From the NCBI GenBank assembly GCA_951406725.2, contig OX597818.1, positions 136,028,001 to 136,092,000 of the forward strand: 64,000 nt of DNA. Reading direction: 5' to 3'. Position numbers and translations under genes: made by a program. Below are positions 51,008 to 64,000 of this stretch, piece by piece. This DNA is from Octopus vulgaris (taxonomy: Eukaryota). The notes below the pieces were generated by a model. The model saw nothing but the letters and a program-made list of their open reading frames with translations, made no database searches and was not told the origin of the DNA. Every line of letters starts with the position of its first letter. Position 1 is the first letter of the stretch.

Positions 51008-54000
51008 GAGAGAGACTGATCGTTATGTGGAATTAAGTATTTTGCTAAAGAGCACAATTGCATACGAATAAAGAATTCATAATCCTAACGCCAGATTCCT
51101 GACGCCATTGAGTCTGCATTGTCGCAGATAACTTAGATATACTGACTCATCAATAGTCCTAAGTTAGATAATATTAATTCCAAAATACACAATTTCGGCA
51201 TACATGAATTTGGTAATTTTAGAGCAGGAAGTAAAAGCATCACACGGGAGGAATTTTTGGTACAAGAAATATTTCTTACTGCAGAACCAGCAAACAAATT
51301 TTTTCTCTGCCTGTTTTTCTACTTCTTCCTTAATCAATATGAAAGAGGGAAAACGGAAATTTAAGATTAAGGTTGCTCAGAAAACTTTGAAAAATTTTTT
51401 CCTATTCATTCCAAGTTCTCTCCTTGGCAGAATTTGGAATAAATATAAAAAAAAAAAAGTATATTTAATCTGTATTTCATGGCATTTAAATGAATTATGA
51501 ATGTCTGAATATCGATTTATTTTGATTGGGTGGGAGGTGTAGATGATTCAATTGATCATGAAAAGATGAAAGGGAAATTCACCGTGGCGGTATTTTGAAC
51601 CCAGAAAACAAGATTAAAACATGGTTTCTGCCAACTTGATAATTCATTGTATAACAAATTAGAGAATACTTCACTAAAAAATTTTCCAAATAAAAAAAAA
51701 TTAAATAAATATGTGACTTTGCCGAGATAAACGAAAAAAAAAAAGAAAAGAAAGAAAAATAATAGAAATAATTTATTTGAACATTTGAACGTGTATGCGC
51801 GGATAAATTGAATTCATAAAAAATATACAAGAATAGAGGGGCGATTCTGTGTCGTCGAATCACCGATACTGCTAACATTGCATTCAGACAAGTGTTTCTA
51901 ATTTAGCTTTTTTGGAACAAAATCTCTCTTTCTCTTTTAAAAATTTAAGTGCAGCTGCTCATAATTTACTGCCCTGCTCCTAATTAAGCCCTAATTTTAA
52001 TAAAGTGACTTTCTTGTTCACTTCTTTCTTCCATTCATATAAAACATAATAGAAATGCACGTGAAAGCATTTGTGAAGAATTTTGAAAATCGTTCAGTTT
52101 TTATATAAGCAAGGTCCAGTTAAGTACCAGGGTGATTGCAGTACTGTTTTCAACATATCAGTTTCACGTTTTTAATGTACCAGTTTCACTTTACCAAGCT
52201 GCAGCTGGCTCAGAATTTTTATTCCTATAGTACATTTGAAAGATCAATTTTACACATTTAAAAAATAATCTAATATCAGTGTAACATTTTATTATTTAAA
52301 GAAGAGAAATAAATCATTTATACAATAGGAACAATCTTCCGGTTTATTGATAATTGAGATGGTTTATGAAAAAAACTGAGAAGTTATAGTCAATACAGAG
52401 AAATGTGAAGAACTTTTAATGTATTTTTGCTCGATACATATCTACAAAAGATTCTTTGGTAACAAATTCGCAATTGTCCTTTCTTTGATTTCATTTTCTG
52501 GATCGATATTCATGGATCGATATTCATGTTTGTCGGAGCGACGAGGACTATCTGATTATGCGAGGATATCTAGTGACTTGTGCATTGAGTTTATGTAAAG
52601 TGAAGAAGAGTTGCGCGCCGTCAACTTCCTTCTCTCGCCCGTGACCATCTTCAATTCAATGGCAAGACCAAGTCAGGACGAAGGAGATGGATACGGATTC
52701 AATGGTTGACCAAAATGTCTTATTTGCTCCATCTTGTTCTCTGCATTCCACAATGTTTTGCTACATCTGTTTTCCTCTCTGTTGAATCATGAAAGTTTCT
52801 TTGTAGAATCCACCTGATCCAGTCTTCATTTTTGTATAGGTAGGTAAGCCCCAATATACTAATTAATCCATAGCTGAGAACCTGGCAGATGATACTTACG
52901 CTATGTTAGACAAGACCTGGGTACACTAGTAGCTAAGAGCTGGTTCGACATAATTATAGCATGCATATAATTATGTTCTATATAATATATAAACTATGTA
53001 CTAAATGTGTATATTGTAAATTAAATTTATTTAAAAAATCATGAAGAACTCATGTTCAGGATATGGTGTTGCATAACGTTATGTACAGAATATATTGAAA
53101 TTTGTGTTAAAATTATTTTTAAATTACAAAAATCTTACTTTCTATATATTATATAATGATTAAACTTCATTTTGATCATGTATATATCGTTGATCCAAAA
53201 TTGTAAATAATTCACAAAAACCAAAATTATAAACTGTATTCACGATTCAATTTCATTATTGTCACGTTCCAGTGATGAAAGAATATCGCATTTTTAGAAT
53301 ACACACAAACTCATTTGGAAAATAATTATAGAAACTGTTATTGTATTTAAATTTTGTTAGTCAATGTTAAAATATTTAGCTATTTTATTAGTTTCAAATT
53401 TTCACTTGAAACACTTTTTTAGCTCCTTTTTTTCGACAAATTCAGTTCATTTTGAACAGATTCAATTAAACACTACTGATTCAGATGACATGTAACAAAT
53501 AAAAAGCACCGTCTTTTTTCTTTGTATACGAAGGTAATGAAGCAAAACTGTTTTCGATCAAAGGGATTTAGATACTGTCGTGTCATACACAGTCTCTGTG
53601 AACTGAAGATAAAACTCAGAGTACTTTCAGCTCGAGCCTAATCAGCCATTCCTTCTTGAAACCGAGATTTTATTGGAAACATTTGAAGTTTGATAAATAA
53701 ATATAAATTGTTTAATTCGTTTTAAAAACCACGCATTGTAACGCTTCCTCGTGTTTTTTCTCATTCAAATATTAAAAACATATCCTTTCTGAATAACATC
53801 TCTGTTGAAATATTTGAGACAAAAACAATGAGACAGCCTCCACGCAAACACAACCGAAACTCTCTCTCTCTCTTCCATAGATTCATATCTATCAACTAAC
53901 AAACACATCCGTCCATTTGACGGTTTAAGTTGCTTTGGTAGTATTTTTTTTTCACCAGATAATTGAACTACCGAAAAGGTTTATGAGTAGCACGGGGATC

Positions 54001-54739
54001 TATGTTTCCGATTAACCTAGGAACGGAAAATCAAATTGAAGGCTAGTTATCGTAGAGGTCGTTGCACTTTAATGATCATAGAACATATGTTTGCAAGTGA
54101 TGCAAAGTAGAGTTACTGAAGTAGATTACGGATAATGACTTCAAACTATAATCGTTTTACATGAAAGCGAAATTTCTTGTAAGGAAATTGAAGGAAGACG
54201 TTGAAACTTACCCTCTGCAAATTTATTTTATTCAACAGCAAAAGGAGCTATTTTTTCGGAGAGATAAGCTAACAAAAGACCCTTTATTCTGTCTTTCCAC
54301 ATAGCCTGCGCATAAACTAACAGCGAATGCGGCATAAAGTTAAATTGGTATGGAGCTTCCTGAAAGATATGAATAGCTTTCGCTAGTGGAAGCAAAACAC
54401 ATATTTAAAGGTTGATTCTTTGGGATGAGTCATATGCAATTGTTTAAAAAAGGCTTGAACGACAATGGTAAAACGTATGTGAAACAATAAACAACAGTCG
54501 AAATATCATAATGGATGAGTAAATAAGTATCCTTAAAATGAAACAATGTATTCGTAGGAAAACAAAGGTATCAACAAATAGAAGAGAAGGAAGGGAACAT
54601 TACCTTTCAAGTAACTCAGAATAGGTAAAGGTAAGCTTGCCAAAGTTTAATGCAGTTTAAATATGGAGATTAAGATTGTTTGGTATTGGATATTCATCGC
54701 ATACAGTGTCCTTAGTCAATTTAATCCGCATCGTAGGTG

Positions 54740-55235
54740 TACAGTCGAAATAAATAGAGAAAATCCTTTCACTTTTATAAAAAGATTAAAAATGTATGAC
54801 AGACCCTACATACAAAAAAATTATGTCCATTTACGTCCCTTTACGCGGAAGCTCTGGGCAAAATATCATTGTGCAAGTAATGTGTGTGTAAAATTTGGTG
54901 AAAATCGGTTGAGAACTGTGGAAATTTATGCGTTCAGTGTTCCTTGTCAATTCAGTCACCGTCGCAGATGAACAGTCGAAATAAAGAAATAGACAAAATC
55001 TTTTCACTTTTATAAAAAAAGATTTAAAAAGTATGGAAGACCCTACATACAAAAACTTATGTCCATTTACGTCCGTTTACGCAGGAGTTCTGGGTAAAAT
55101 GTTATAGTGCATGACCATCCTTGTGACACAAGTGATGTGTGTGTAAAGTTTGGTGAAAATCGGTTGAGAATTGTGGAAATGTATGCGTTAGTCATTATAC
55201 ACACACATACTGTGATTTATATATACTAGACTAGA
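54740..55235 (-). mobile_element. Helitron-like 5' portion with ~230-bp internal tandem duplication
   Basis: Minus strand starts a|tctagtctagtatatataaa..gtgtgtgt..ccgattttcaccaaact; block acagtcgaaataaa..aaatcggttgagaa..tatgcgtt repeated at 54740 and 54972. Confidence 0.6.
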
Positions 55236-55499
55236 TAAAACATTATGTTACTTTGAAAACTTCTGTTTTAACAATGGATAACTAGTATTGCTATGTAAGT
55301 AATATGTCGATATTGACTGCTTAAATTAGCACGAAATACATTTATTAGCGGGATCTAAGAGAGTTACTTGATGTTCATGCCTTTACCATGAACGCTGACA
55401 AAAAGTAGCTACAGAATCAATACAGAACACTGGGTCGCAGATTTATAGAGGAAGGCGAAATGAGACTGCATGATGTGCATACATCGTAGTAGGATAGCT

Positions 55500-56040
55500 A
55501 TCTTTTATCTTTTATCTCTTGTTTCAGTCATTGAACTGCAGCCACATTGGGGCACTGCCTTGAAGGGTTTAGGTTAACAAATCAACCTCAGTACTTTTGT
55601 TTTTTTTTAAAGTTCGGTATCCTATCATTCTCTTTTTGCTGAACCGCTAAGTTAGGGGACATATGCAAGCCAGCATCGGTTGTTAAGCGGTGTAGGGGAA
55701 CAAACAGAATCACTCATATACCCACATATGTGATGGGTTTCACATAGTTCCCGTCTACCAAATTCACTCACAAGGCATTAGTGAGCTCGGGACTATAGTA
55801 GAAGATACTTGCCTAACTGTGTGAAACCCATCACATATGTGGGTATATGAGTGATTCTGTTTGTTCCCCTACACCGCTTAACAACCGATGCTGGCTTGCA
55901 TATGTCCCCTAACTTAAGAATGATAGGATACCGAACTTTAAAAACAAAAGTACTGAGGTTGATTTGTTAACCTAAACCCTCCTGAAATCAAATGGTTGTA
56001 AAGCGAACTTCTTAACCATATATATAGTCGTGTCTGTGCC
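55500..56040 (-). mobile_element. Old SINE-C carrying an internal inverted duplication
   Basis: C tail at 55500-55560 and C head remnant at 55981-56040; 55564-55749 is inverted at 55815-55980. Confidence 0.85.
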
Positions 56041-56178
56041 CATTTTCTCTTCTTTACTTTTTTTTTATTCTGGGAATTCCTGTGTAACGGAAATATAATG
56101 AAAGTATTACAGGCGAGAATCGAGATTGAACAAGGAATACGTTACAACAGAAGCTGTATAACACCGACACGAAAGGCG

Positions 56179-56293
<115 letters not shown>

Positions 56294-56577
56294 TATTTTT
56301 ACAATGATGACACACGCTGGCACGGAGAGAGTAAAGTTTCCTTCCATATGGAAAAAAGATTTATCGACTTATTGCATGCCACGTTCTCATGAACAGACTG
56401 TTTACAACCTGTCTGAATCAATTTCTCTACGACCAGCATAAATGTATTGATGACTCGTTAGAAGCTGAACACGATCAGAATCGAATTTGAATCCACAAAT
56501 GTATTTATCTTATGAATCTTCAGTCTTTATGAGACTTCTGGCGTTCTATTTATAATAGAAATTCGATCATATTGACT

Positions 56578-57000
56578 TCTTACTCTTTTACTCTTTTACT
56601 TGTTTCAGTCATTTGACAGCGGCCATGCTGGAGCACCGCCTTTAATCGAGCAACTCGACCCCGGGACTTATTCTTTTTGTAAGCCCAGTACTTATTCTAT
56701 CGGTCTCTTTTTGCCGAACCGCTAAGTGACGGGGACGTAAACACACCAGCATCGATTGTCAAGCAATGCTAGGGAGACAAACACAGACACACAAACATAC
56801 ACGCACACACATATATATATATATATACATATATACGACAGGCTTCTTTCAGTTTCCGTCTACCAAATCCACTCACAAGGCATTGGTCGGCCCGGGGCTA
56901 TAGAAGACACTTGCCCAAGGTGCCACGCAGTGGGACTGAACCCGGAACCATGTGGTTGGTTAGCAAGCTACTTACCACACAGCCAGCCACTCCTGCGCCT
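56578..57000 (-). mobile_element. SINE family C
   Basis: Full-length family match. Confidence 0.92.
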
Positions 57001-57307
57001 TTATATTTATTTATCTGCTAATATTGTTGATACCTAACTGTTCGAAGCCAATCATATTTACTTCAAATATAGAAAGTATGTTATGACAGAAACGATAGAC
57101 CATGGACGTAAACTAGGTTAAGACGTTCGCTTCACAACCACGTGTTCTGGGTTCGATTCCATTGCACAAAAACGAGGCAAATATCTTTTACCACTGTTTC
57201 AACCTCACCGATAACTTTTGAGACGAATTCAGTATTCAAAAACTGTGCAAAAAACGCCCGCCCATCGTAATGTTTGTATGGTCTCCCCCTCTCCCCCTCT
57301 CTCTCTT

Positions 57308-57384
<77 letters not shown>

Positions 57385-57443
57385 ACATACATACATACAT
57401 GCATACATATACATACATACATACACACACGCACACACATACA

Positions 57444-58600
57444 CGAGAGTTGAACCGAAAGTGAAGTGAGCGTAATTGTTTTAACTAACATAGATCGTTC
57501 AAACTGCACATCTTGTCAGAGTACATCTTTCTCCGTAGTAATTCTTTCTTTATCCTGTTTTATTTTTCATAATAATGGTTCCAAGTACAAGCAATATGTC
57601 GTCATTAAGTTCTTGACGAAGGGGTGTAAAATGGGAAGTTGCAGGATTTCCGACGTCCACGGAAGGCTTACAGGTTGTTTTGAGAGATGACACCATTGAC
57701 AGGGACAATGTGCGTAGATGAAAGAAGATTAAAGATGGAGAAAAACTAGCAATGAAAACAAGACATGCACTGATAGACCATTAAGTGCTACCGTTGATAC
57801 AAATCGCTTGCGAATGGACGAATTGATTCACTAAATAGGCGAATCACAATCCATGAACTTGTCCGCAAAATTGGACCGTGGTTACAAAGCATTACAAAAA
57901 ATGGTGGAAGACTGGGTTTTTGGAGAGTGAGTATGAAGTGGGCATCTTGGCAGCTGAAACTCGATTTGAAAGAGAGAAGGGTGGAAGCCAATGAAGACAC
58001 GTTACGGTTTTTTTGCGATCTGGTGACAGAAGATAAAAGACGACTGTACCTTTATGATCCGGAAACGAAGGTTCAGTAAATAGAATGATGTGGCAGATCC
58101 AAGACCTAAGAAGTTCAAGGTCCAGCAATCATTAAGGTGACTTATTTCGTATAACAAGGGCATTGTTCTCTTTTATTTTGGTACATTGAGACGCTAAAAA
58201 TGCTTAGAGAAACCATTAGGAGGAAGAGATCGATCAAGAATCTGAAAATGATCCATATCCATGTCAATGCACGACCACACACATCTTTGATAACAAAGGC
58301 AATCAGCGAATTCGCCTGGTCCGTGGTTTCATTCTCCACCGAACAGCTCGGATTTGGTGCCCTTCGACTTCTACCTACTTGGTTCAATAAATGACAGTTT
58401 CGGACGTAATGATTTGATGACACATACAAAGCGAAAGTAACTGTAAAAAATGGGTAAAACTGTATGCAATTGAATCTTTTCAAAGAAGATTCGAAAGTTG
58501 GGTTCAGCGATGTTGCAAATGCATCGCTTGTGATGGAGACTACGTTGAACAGTACATTTGTATAAATGAAGAGTTATGCTGATGTGTGCAATTTGAACGA
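57444..58600 (+). mobile_element. Decayed near-full-length mariner
   Basis: Start cgagagttgaaccgaaa; QYVVIKFL, IHVNARPHT (cf. HDNARPH), PPNSSDLVPFDFYL (cf. YSPDLAPSDF), WVQRCCKCIACDGDYVE; many frameshifts. Confidence 0.8.
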
Positions 58601-58611
58601 CCTATACTCAT

Positions 58612-58852
58612 TCTCTCTTTTACTCTTTTACTTGTTTCAGTCATTTGACTGCGGTCATGCTGGAGTACCGCCTTTAATCGAGCAAATTGACCCCAGGGCT
58701 TATTTTTGGAAGCCTAGTACTTATTCTATCGGTCTTTTTTGCCGAACCGCTAGTTACAGGGACATAAGCACACCAACATCGGTTGTCAAGCGATGTTGTG
58801 TGTGTGTGTGGGACAAACACAGACACACAAACATACACACACACACACACAT

Positions 58853-58860
<8 letters not shown>
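58612..58860 (-). mobile_element. SINE-C 3' half
   Basis: Tail through to the internal microsatellite. Confidence 0.85.
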
Positions 58861-58921
<61 letters not shown>

Positions 58922-59628
58922 TATGTATGTATATACATATATACGTATATATATATATGTATATAGATATACTTGAGTGTGAGTGTGGGTCTGTCTGTAT
59001 GAAAATATATCTGTCAACATCGCTCCACCATCTACACACGCACGCTATTATCTGTAACATGTCTTCTCACTCAATTTCTTCATCTCCTACCCGCTTCAGC
59101 CTGATAAAGGGTCATCTTGCAATGATCCTTATGCAGAAAGAAAAAACATTTCTATTAATCCTTACGTAAAAATAAGACCCTCATTAACGTTTTTCTGTTT
59201 CGCATTTTCTGTTTTTGACCCTCTTCCTCTTTTCTTTTTTTCTTTTGGATTTTATCTCTTTCAGTCTATTCCCAGGACATATATTTACTCACCTTTTTTA
59301 CTTCTTTTCATAGGAATTCTCCATATATCTACCCTTATACATATAAGAATAATATAACATGAAGATGGAGGATATCAAGCTTTAATGGAAGTTTCGTTTC
59401 TGTTTTGCACAACAGCTTTGAGTTGCTGAGTTTATATTCATTCGCGCCCACACACAGCTGTTTCTGAAAAATATTCAACTATATACTGTAAAACAAATAA
59501 TGATTTTTTTTATCATGATATGTGAATATAAACTCAGCAAGTTTAAGCTGGTGTGCGATGCAGAAACAAATGTTGTGATCTACTCTTAAAGCTCGATATC
59601 CTTCATTCTTGCGTTATATTATTCTTCA

Positions 59629-59948
59629 GTGAAGGCGCATGGCTTAGTGGTTAGGGCATTCGGCTGACGATTGTAAGGTCGTGAGTTCGATTCCCGGCGA
59701 TGCGTTGTGTCCTTGAGCAAGACACTTTATTTCACGTTGCTCCAGTCCACTCAGCTGGCAAAAATGAGTTGTACCTGTATTTCACCGGCCTTGTCACGCT
59801 CTGTGTCATGCTGAATCTCCATGAGAACTACGTTAAGGGTACTCGTGTCTGTGGATTACTCAGTTACTTGCACATTAATTCCACGAGCAAGCTGTTCCGT
59901 TGATCGTATCAGCTGGGACCCTCGTCGTCGTAACCGACGGAGTGCTCC
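59629..59948 (+). mobile_element. SINE B3: different tRNA head plus CORE-like box, with family-B tail
   Basis: Head ggcgcatggcttagtggttagggc..gagttcgattccc, gtgtccttgagcaagacacttta, then the B tail from ttgtacctgtatttca; TSD tatattattctt. Confidence 0.85.
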
Positions 59949-60414
59949 TATATTATTCTTATATTAATTTTATGCTAGGAGGAGTTCCACATGTGTATCC
60001 AGCCCTGGAAAATACCTTTCTATAGAATAACATCTGGTCGCCAAATAATGGCATAAAAAGCTCTTAAATGCACGTAACGAGGTTTTTACTCGAATTGTAT
60101 TAAATGTCCTTATACTGGGAGATACTGGGAGATGCTTCTTCCCCTCAAACTTCCGAATTCAACTCCTACATACGTTTATGATTTTTTTCGTTGGTAATGG
60201 TTTTCTGTGCACGCGCGCACACACGCACGCAAACACGCACATAAACAAATAATCACACACACACACACACGCGCGCGCGCACGTAAATGTTTTCCCAAAT
60301 AAAAGTTCACTGAAACAACTGTAAGCTAATGAAGTACACGACACAATTTGTTATTCCTCTGTCATTTTAATTTCTTTTACACACGCTCGCACACACGCGC
60401 CCGCACCGCACACC

Positions 60415-60471
<57 letters not shown>

Positions 60472-60578
60472 CAAGACACACAACTTTCGTCTTCCTTCCA
60501 ATCAACTACGAATGAGAATAAATAAATGATGTGCAAACTGAATATTTAATCTAGTTGATATAAATAATATAATATAAT

Positions 60579-60965
60579 GGGCGCAGGAGTGGCTGTGTGG
60601 TAAGTAGCTTGCTAACCAACCACATGGTTGCGGGTTCAGTCCCACTGCGTGGCATCTTGAGCAAGTGTCTTCTGCTATAGCCCCGGGCCGACCAATGCCT
60701 TGTGGTAGACGGAAACTGAAAGAAGTCTGTCGTATATATGTATATATATGTATGTGTTTGTGTGATTGTGTATCTGTGTTTGTCCCCTAGCATTGCTTGA
60801 CAACCGATGCTGGTGTGTTTACGTCCTCGTCACTTAGCGGTTCGGCAAAAGAGACCGATAGAATAAGTACTGGGCTTACAAAGAATAAGTCCCGGGGTCG
60901 ATTTGCTCGACTAAAGGCGGTGCTCCAGCATGGCCGCGGTCAGGTGACTGAAACAAGTAAAAGAG
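60579..60965 (+). mobile_element. SINE family C
   Basis: Full-length family match. Confidence 0.92.
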
Positions 60966-61069
60966 TATATTATATAATATAATATATATAATCAACGGTC
61001 GTTAACGGATGATGATGATATATAAAAATTTATATTATGTTGTATTATATTATATCATATTATATCATA

Positions 61070-61463
61070 TCTTTATATATAAAAGTCAAGTTGTGTGTCT
61101 GTCTCCTACGATTGTGTGTCTGTCTCCTACATTTTGCGGTGCAGTTTAACCAAAACCGGGTATCTTATAGTCGTGATTCATATCGAGCCTTTCTGGGTAT
61201 TAGCGCGCGTCTACGATGAGTCTACGATTTAAAAAAAAATTACCATCATTTTTTTTCCATTTTAATGCATTTTTTCGCTATTATATAAGGGAAGTAACTC
61301 TCTAAAAATGTCTACGATGAGTCAACGATTTAAAAAAAATTTACCATAATTTTTTTTTCCATTTTTAATGCATTTTTTTGCTATTTTTTGTCTATAACTC
61401 TCTAAAAATGCTTATATAGTTATTTCCCTTACAAATCCGAGCAACGCCGGGCGATACTGCTAG
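61070..61463 (+). mobile_element. Non-autonomous Helitron
   Basis: a|TC..hairpin..CTAG|t; ~110-bp internal duplication as in 30540-30929. Confidence 0.87.
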
Positions 61464-61981
61464 TTATGTTATATATATCAACTATGACTAAGTGTTCAGT
61501 TTGAACGCCATCAGTGTATTCACTCATTTATTTATTCTCATTAGTTGCTGATTAGAGAGAGCGGGCGGAAGTTGTGTGTCTTATTGTGTAGCAGCGGTTT
61601 GGCAAGGTCATGGAGTGTGCTTGATATCATTAGTATTACTTATAGTAATACTAATGATATTACTTATAGTAATATCAATACATTCCTCTTGTGGCAGCAG
61701 ATGGTATTAAACGGTTGGATACAAACGTCGTTTATTATATACTTATATACTGTGTCTATGTTTATAATGTTTGTCCAAAAATGTCTTGTATTGAATTATT
61801 ACTTTGATGATATTAACATAAAATTTACATATTTATTCTTTTCTTCTATTTGTTTCAGTCATTAGACTGCGGCCATGCTGGTGCAGCGCCTTGAAGAGTT
61901 TTTAGTCAAATGAATCGACCCCACTAATTTATTATTTTATATTTTTTTAAAGCTTGATACTTATTCTTGCTTGATACTTAT

Positions 61982-62005
61982 TCTCTCTCTCTTTCTCTCT
62001 CTCGT

Positions 62006-62065
<60 letters not shown>

Positions 62066-62167
62066 TTTATTCTCTCTTTCTCTCTCTCGTTCTTCCTTCC
62101 TTTCTTTCTTTCTTTTTATTCTCTCCTTTTCTCTTTCTTTCTTTCTTTCTTTCATTCATTCATCCAT

Positions 62168-62229
<62 letters not shown>

Positions 62230-62240
62230 TTCCTTCCTTC

Positions 62241-62281
<41 letters not shown>

Positions 62282-62332
62282 TTCCTTCCTTTCTTTCTTT
62301 CTTTCTTTCTTCCTTCCTTCCTTCCTTCCTTC

Positions 62333-62402
<70 letters not shown>

Positions 62403-62404
62403 CT
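61982..62404. repeat. (TTTC)n/(TTCC)n polypyrimidine tract
   Basis: Direct reading. Confidence 0.96.
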
Positions 62405-62579
62405 GGGAAGATGTCTCAGTACGTCATGATGGATTTGAAATCTCTTGGTTCCAATATCTATTTTCGCTTCACGGACGAAAAGATAACGTGTATTTTGATC
62501 AAAAGATCTGTACTGAAATTGCGTGAGCGAGCATATTTATCTGTCTCTCTGTCTGTCTGTATCTATCTTAATATATATT

Positions 62580-62656
<77 letters not shown>

Positions 62657-62765
62657 AAGATAATATCTCTTAATCAAAAGTGGTACTAAATTTGTGTATG
62701 TATGTATGTATGTATGTATGTATGTATGTAGGTTTGTTTGTTTGTATGTGTGTGTGTGTGTGCTC

Positions 62766-63119
62766 GTACGCGCGAACTTTAGGTTACTTAGAATATGTTT
62801 TTGACATATTTGAACTAAAAGCAACTTCACTGCACTTACCATGGAGAAAAACAATTCTCTTACGGTTTTAAATCTGTCCAGAGTTGCCTCTCTTCGGTAT
62901 TTCTTATTGATAACGCCGAAAAAAGCAAGAAGCGTTGCGTCTGGAAATCCGACAGGGGATAAAAATGGGCAGATATGGAGATTTCCCACCTTTTACCATA
63001 TGGTGTAAAAATTCTTTTATGGAGAGAATTTTTTTCTCCACCGTAACTGCAGTGAATTTGCTTTTAGAGGTTCAAGTATATCACAAACATATTTCAACTA
63101 ACCTAGAGTTTACTTATAC
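62766..63119. mobile_element. MITE with ~90-bp TIRs
   Basis: gaactttaggtta..aatatgttt..ttgaactaaaagcaacttcactgca..tggagaaaaacaattctct pairs with agagaatt..tctcca..tgcagtgaatttgctttta..aaacatatt..taacctagagttt. Confidence 0.75.
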
Positions 63120-63160
63120 CTAAACAATGCTTAGCGTTGACATTGTTGAATACATACATA

Positions 63161-63244
<84 letters not shown>

Positions 63245-63280
63245 TACATGCATATATACATACATACACATACATGCATA

Positions 63281-63660
63281 GTGGAGGCGCAATGGCCCAG
63301 TGGTTAGGGCAGCGGACTCGCGGTCGGAGGATCGCAGTTTCGATTCCCAGACCGGGCGTTGTGTATGTTTATTGGGCGAAAACACCTAAAAAGCTCCACG
63401 AGGCTCCGGCAGGGATGGTGGTGATCCCTGCTGTACTCTTTCACCACAACTTTCTCTCACTCTTACTTGTTTCTGTTGTACCTGTATTTCAAAGGGCCGG
63501 CCTTGTCACTCTCTGTGTCACGCTGAATATCCCCGAGAACTACGTTAAGGGTACACGTGTCTGTGGAGTGCTCAGCCACTTACACGTTAATTTCACGAGC
63601 AGGATGTGCCGTTGATCGGATCAACCGGACCCTCGTCGTCGTAACCGACGAAGTGCTTCC
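63281..63660 (+). mobile_element. SINE family B
   Basis: Full-length family match, inside CA/CATA microsatellite. Confidence 0.92.
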
Positions 63661-64000
63661 ATCCATTCACATACATGCACGCAGACATACATGCATGCAG
63701 ACATACATGCATACATACATGGTGGCTGCCCCCTCGTTATCGAGTATGGCCATTGCACAAAGCTTAATCAATGTTGTTATCGTGCAATGCCTGTACAAGA
63801 AGATTTTTTTTAAAGTGAGGAAAGGCTGTGCACTGAGTCAATCCCACTCACTAAGCAACAGCAGCCATAATCCAAAAAGAAGAACAAGTCAACATCATCG
63901 GTAACCACTGAGCCGCAGGTTTTATGTCAGAGTTATCCCAGTTACCTGAGTTACCTTCCCCTAGAAGGATGCCCTAACAAAGGCTAGGAGTCCTTCACTC

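Noticed and set aside
52500-52528. Short 10-15 bp tandem duplications (also 14140, 25999, 60112)
   Set aside because: Ordinary slippage products
52600-52710. GC-richer open stretch EEELRAVNFLLSPVTIFNSMARPSQ..
   Set aside because: Bounded by stops, no start or good splice sites, no recognisable motif

Overview
AT-rich, gene-poor animal genomic DNA. It is most likely an octopus/coleoid cephalopod, inferred from the tRNA-derived SINE set, RTE/CR1 LINE remnants and extreme microsatellite density. No intact host gene, rRNA, true tRNA or CRISPR array is supportable; almost all ORF-track entries are microsatellite or SINE read-throughs. The window is a patchwork of three abundant young SINE families (called A, B and C here), decayed RTE and CR1-group LINEs, mariner/Tc1 relics, non-autonomous Helitrons, MITEs and microsatellites. 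Main highlights: (1) Short modules embedded in (TA)n tracts carry hammerhead-ribozyme (HHR) motifs. One at 6881-6924 (-) is a textbook minimal type I HHR with a single G5A core substitution. Together with TA-embedded fold-backs, these suggest TA-targeted Penelope-like/retrozyme-like elements. (2) A SINE-LINE pair shares a 3' stem-loop with compensatory base changes. (3) A SINE repeatedly forms head-to-tail multimers at one fixed junction. (4) A PHD finger sits inside an RTE reverse transcriptase. (5) A recent, near-perfect 166-bp inverted duplication lies inside an old SINE. All calls come from reading the sequence by eye; no searches were run.
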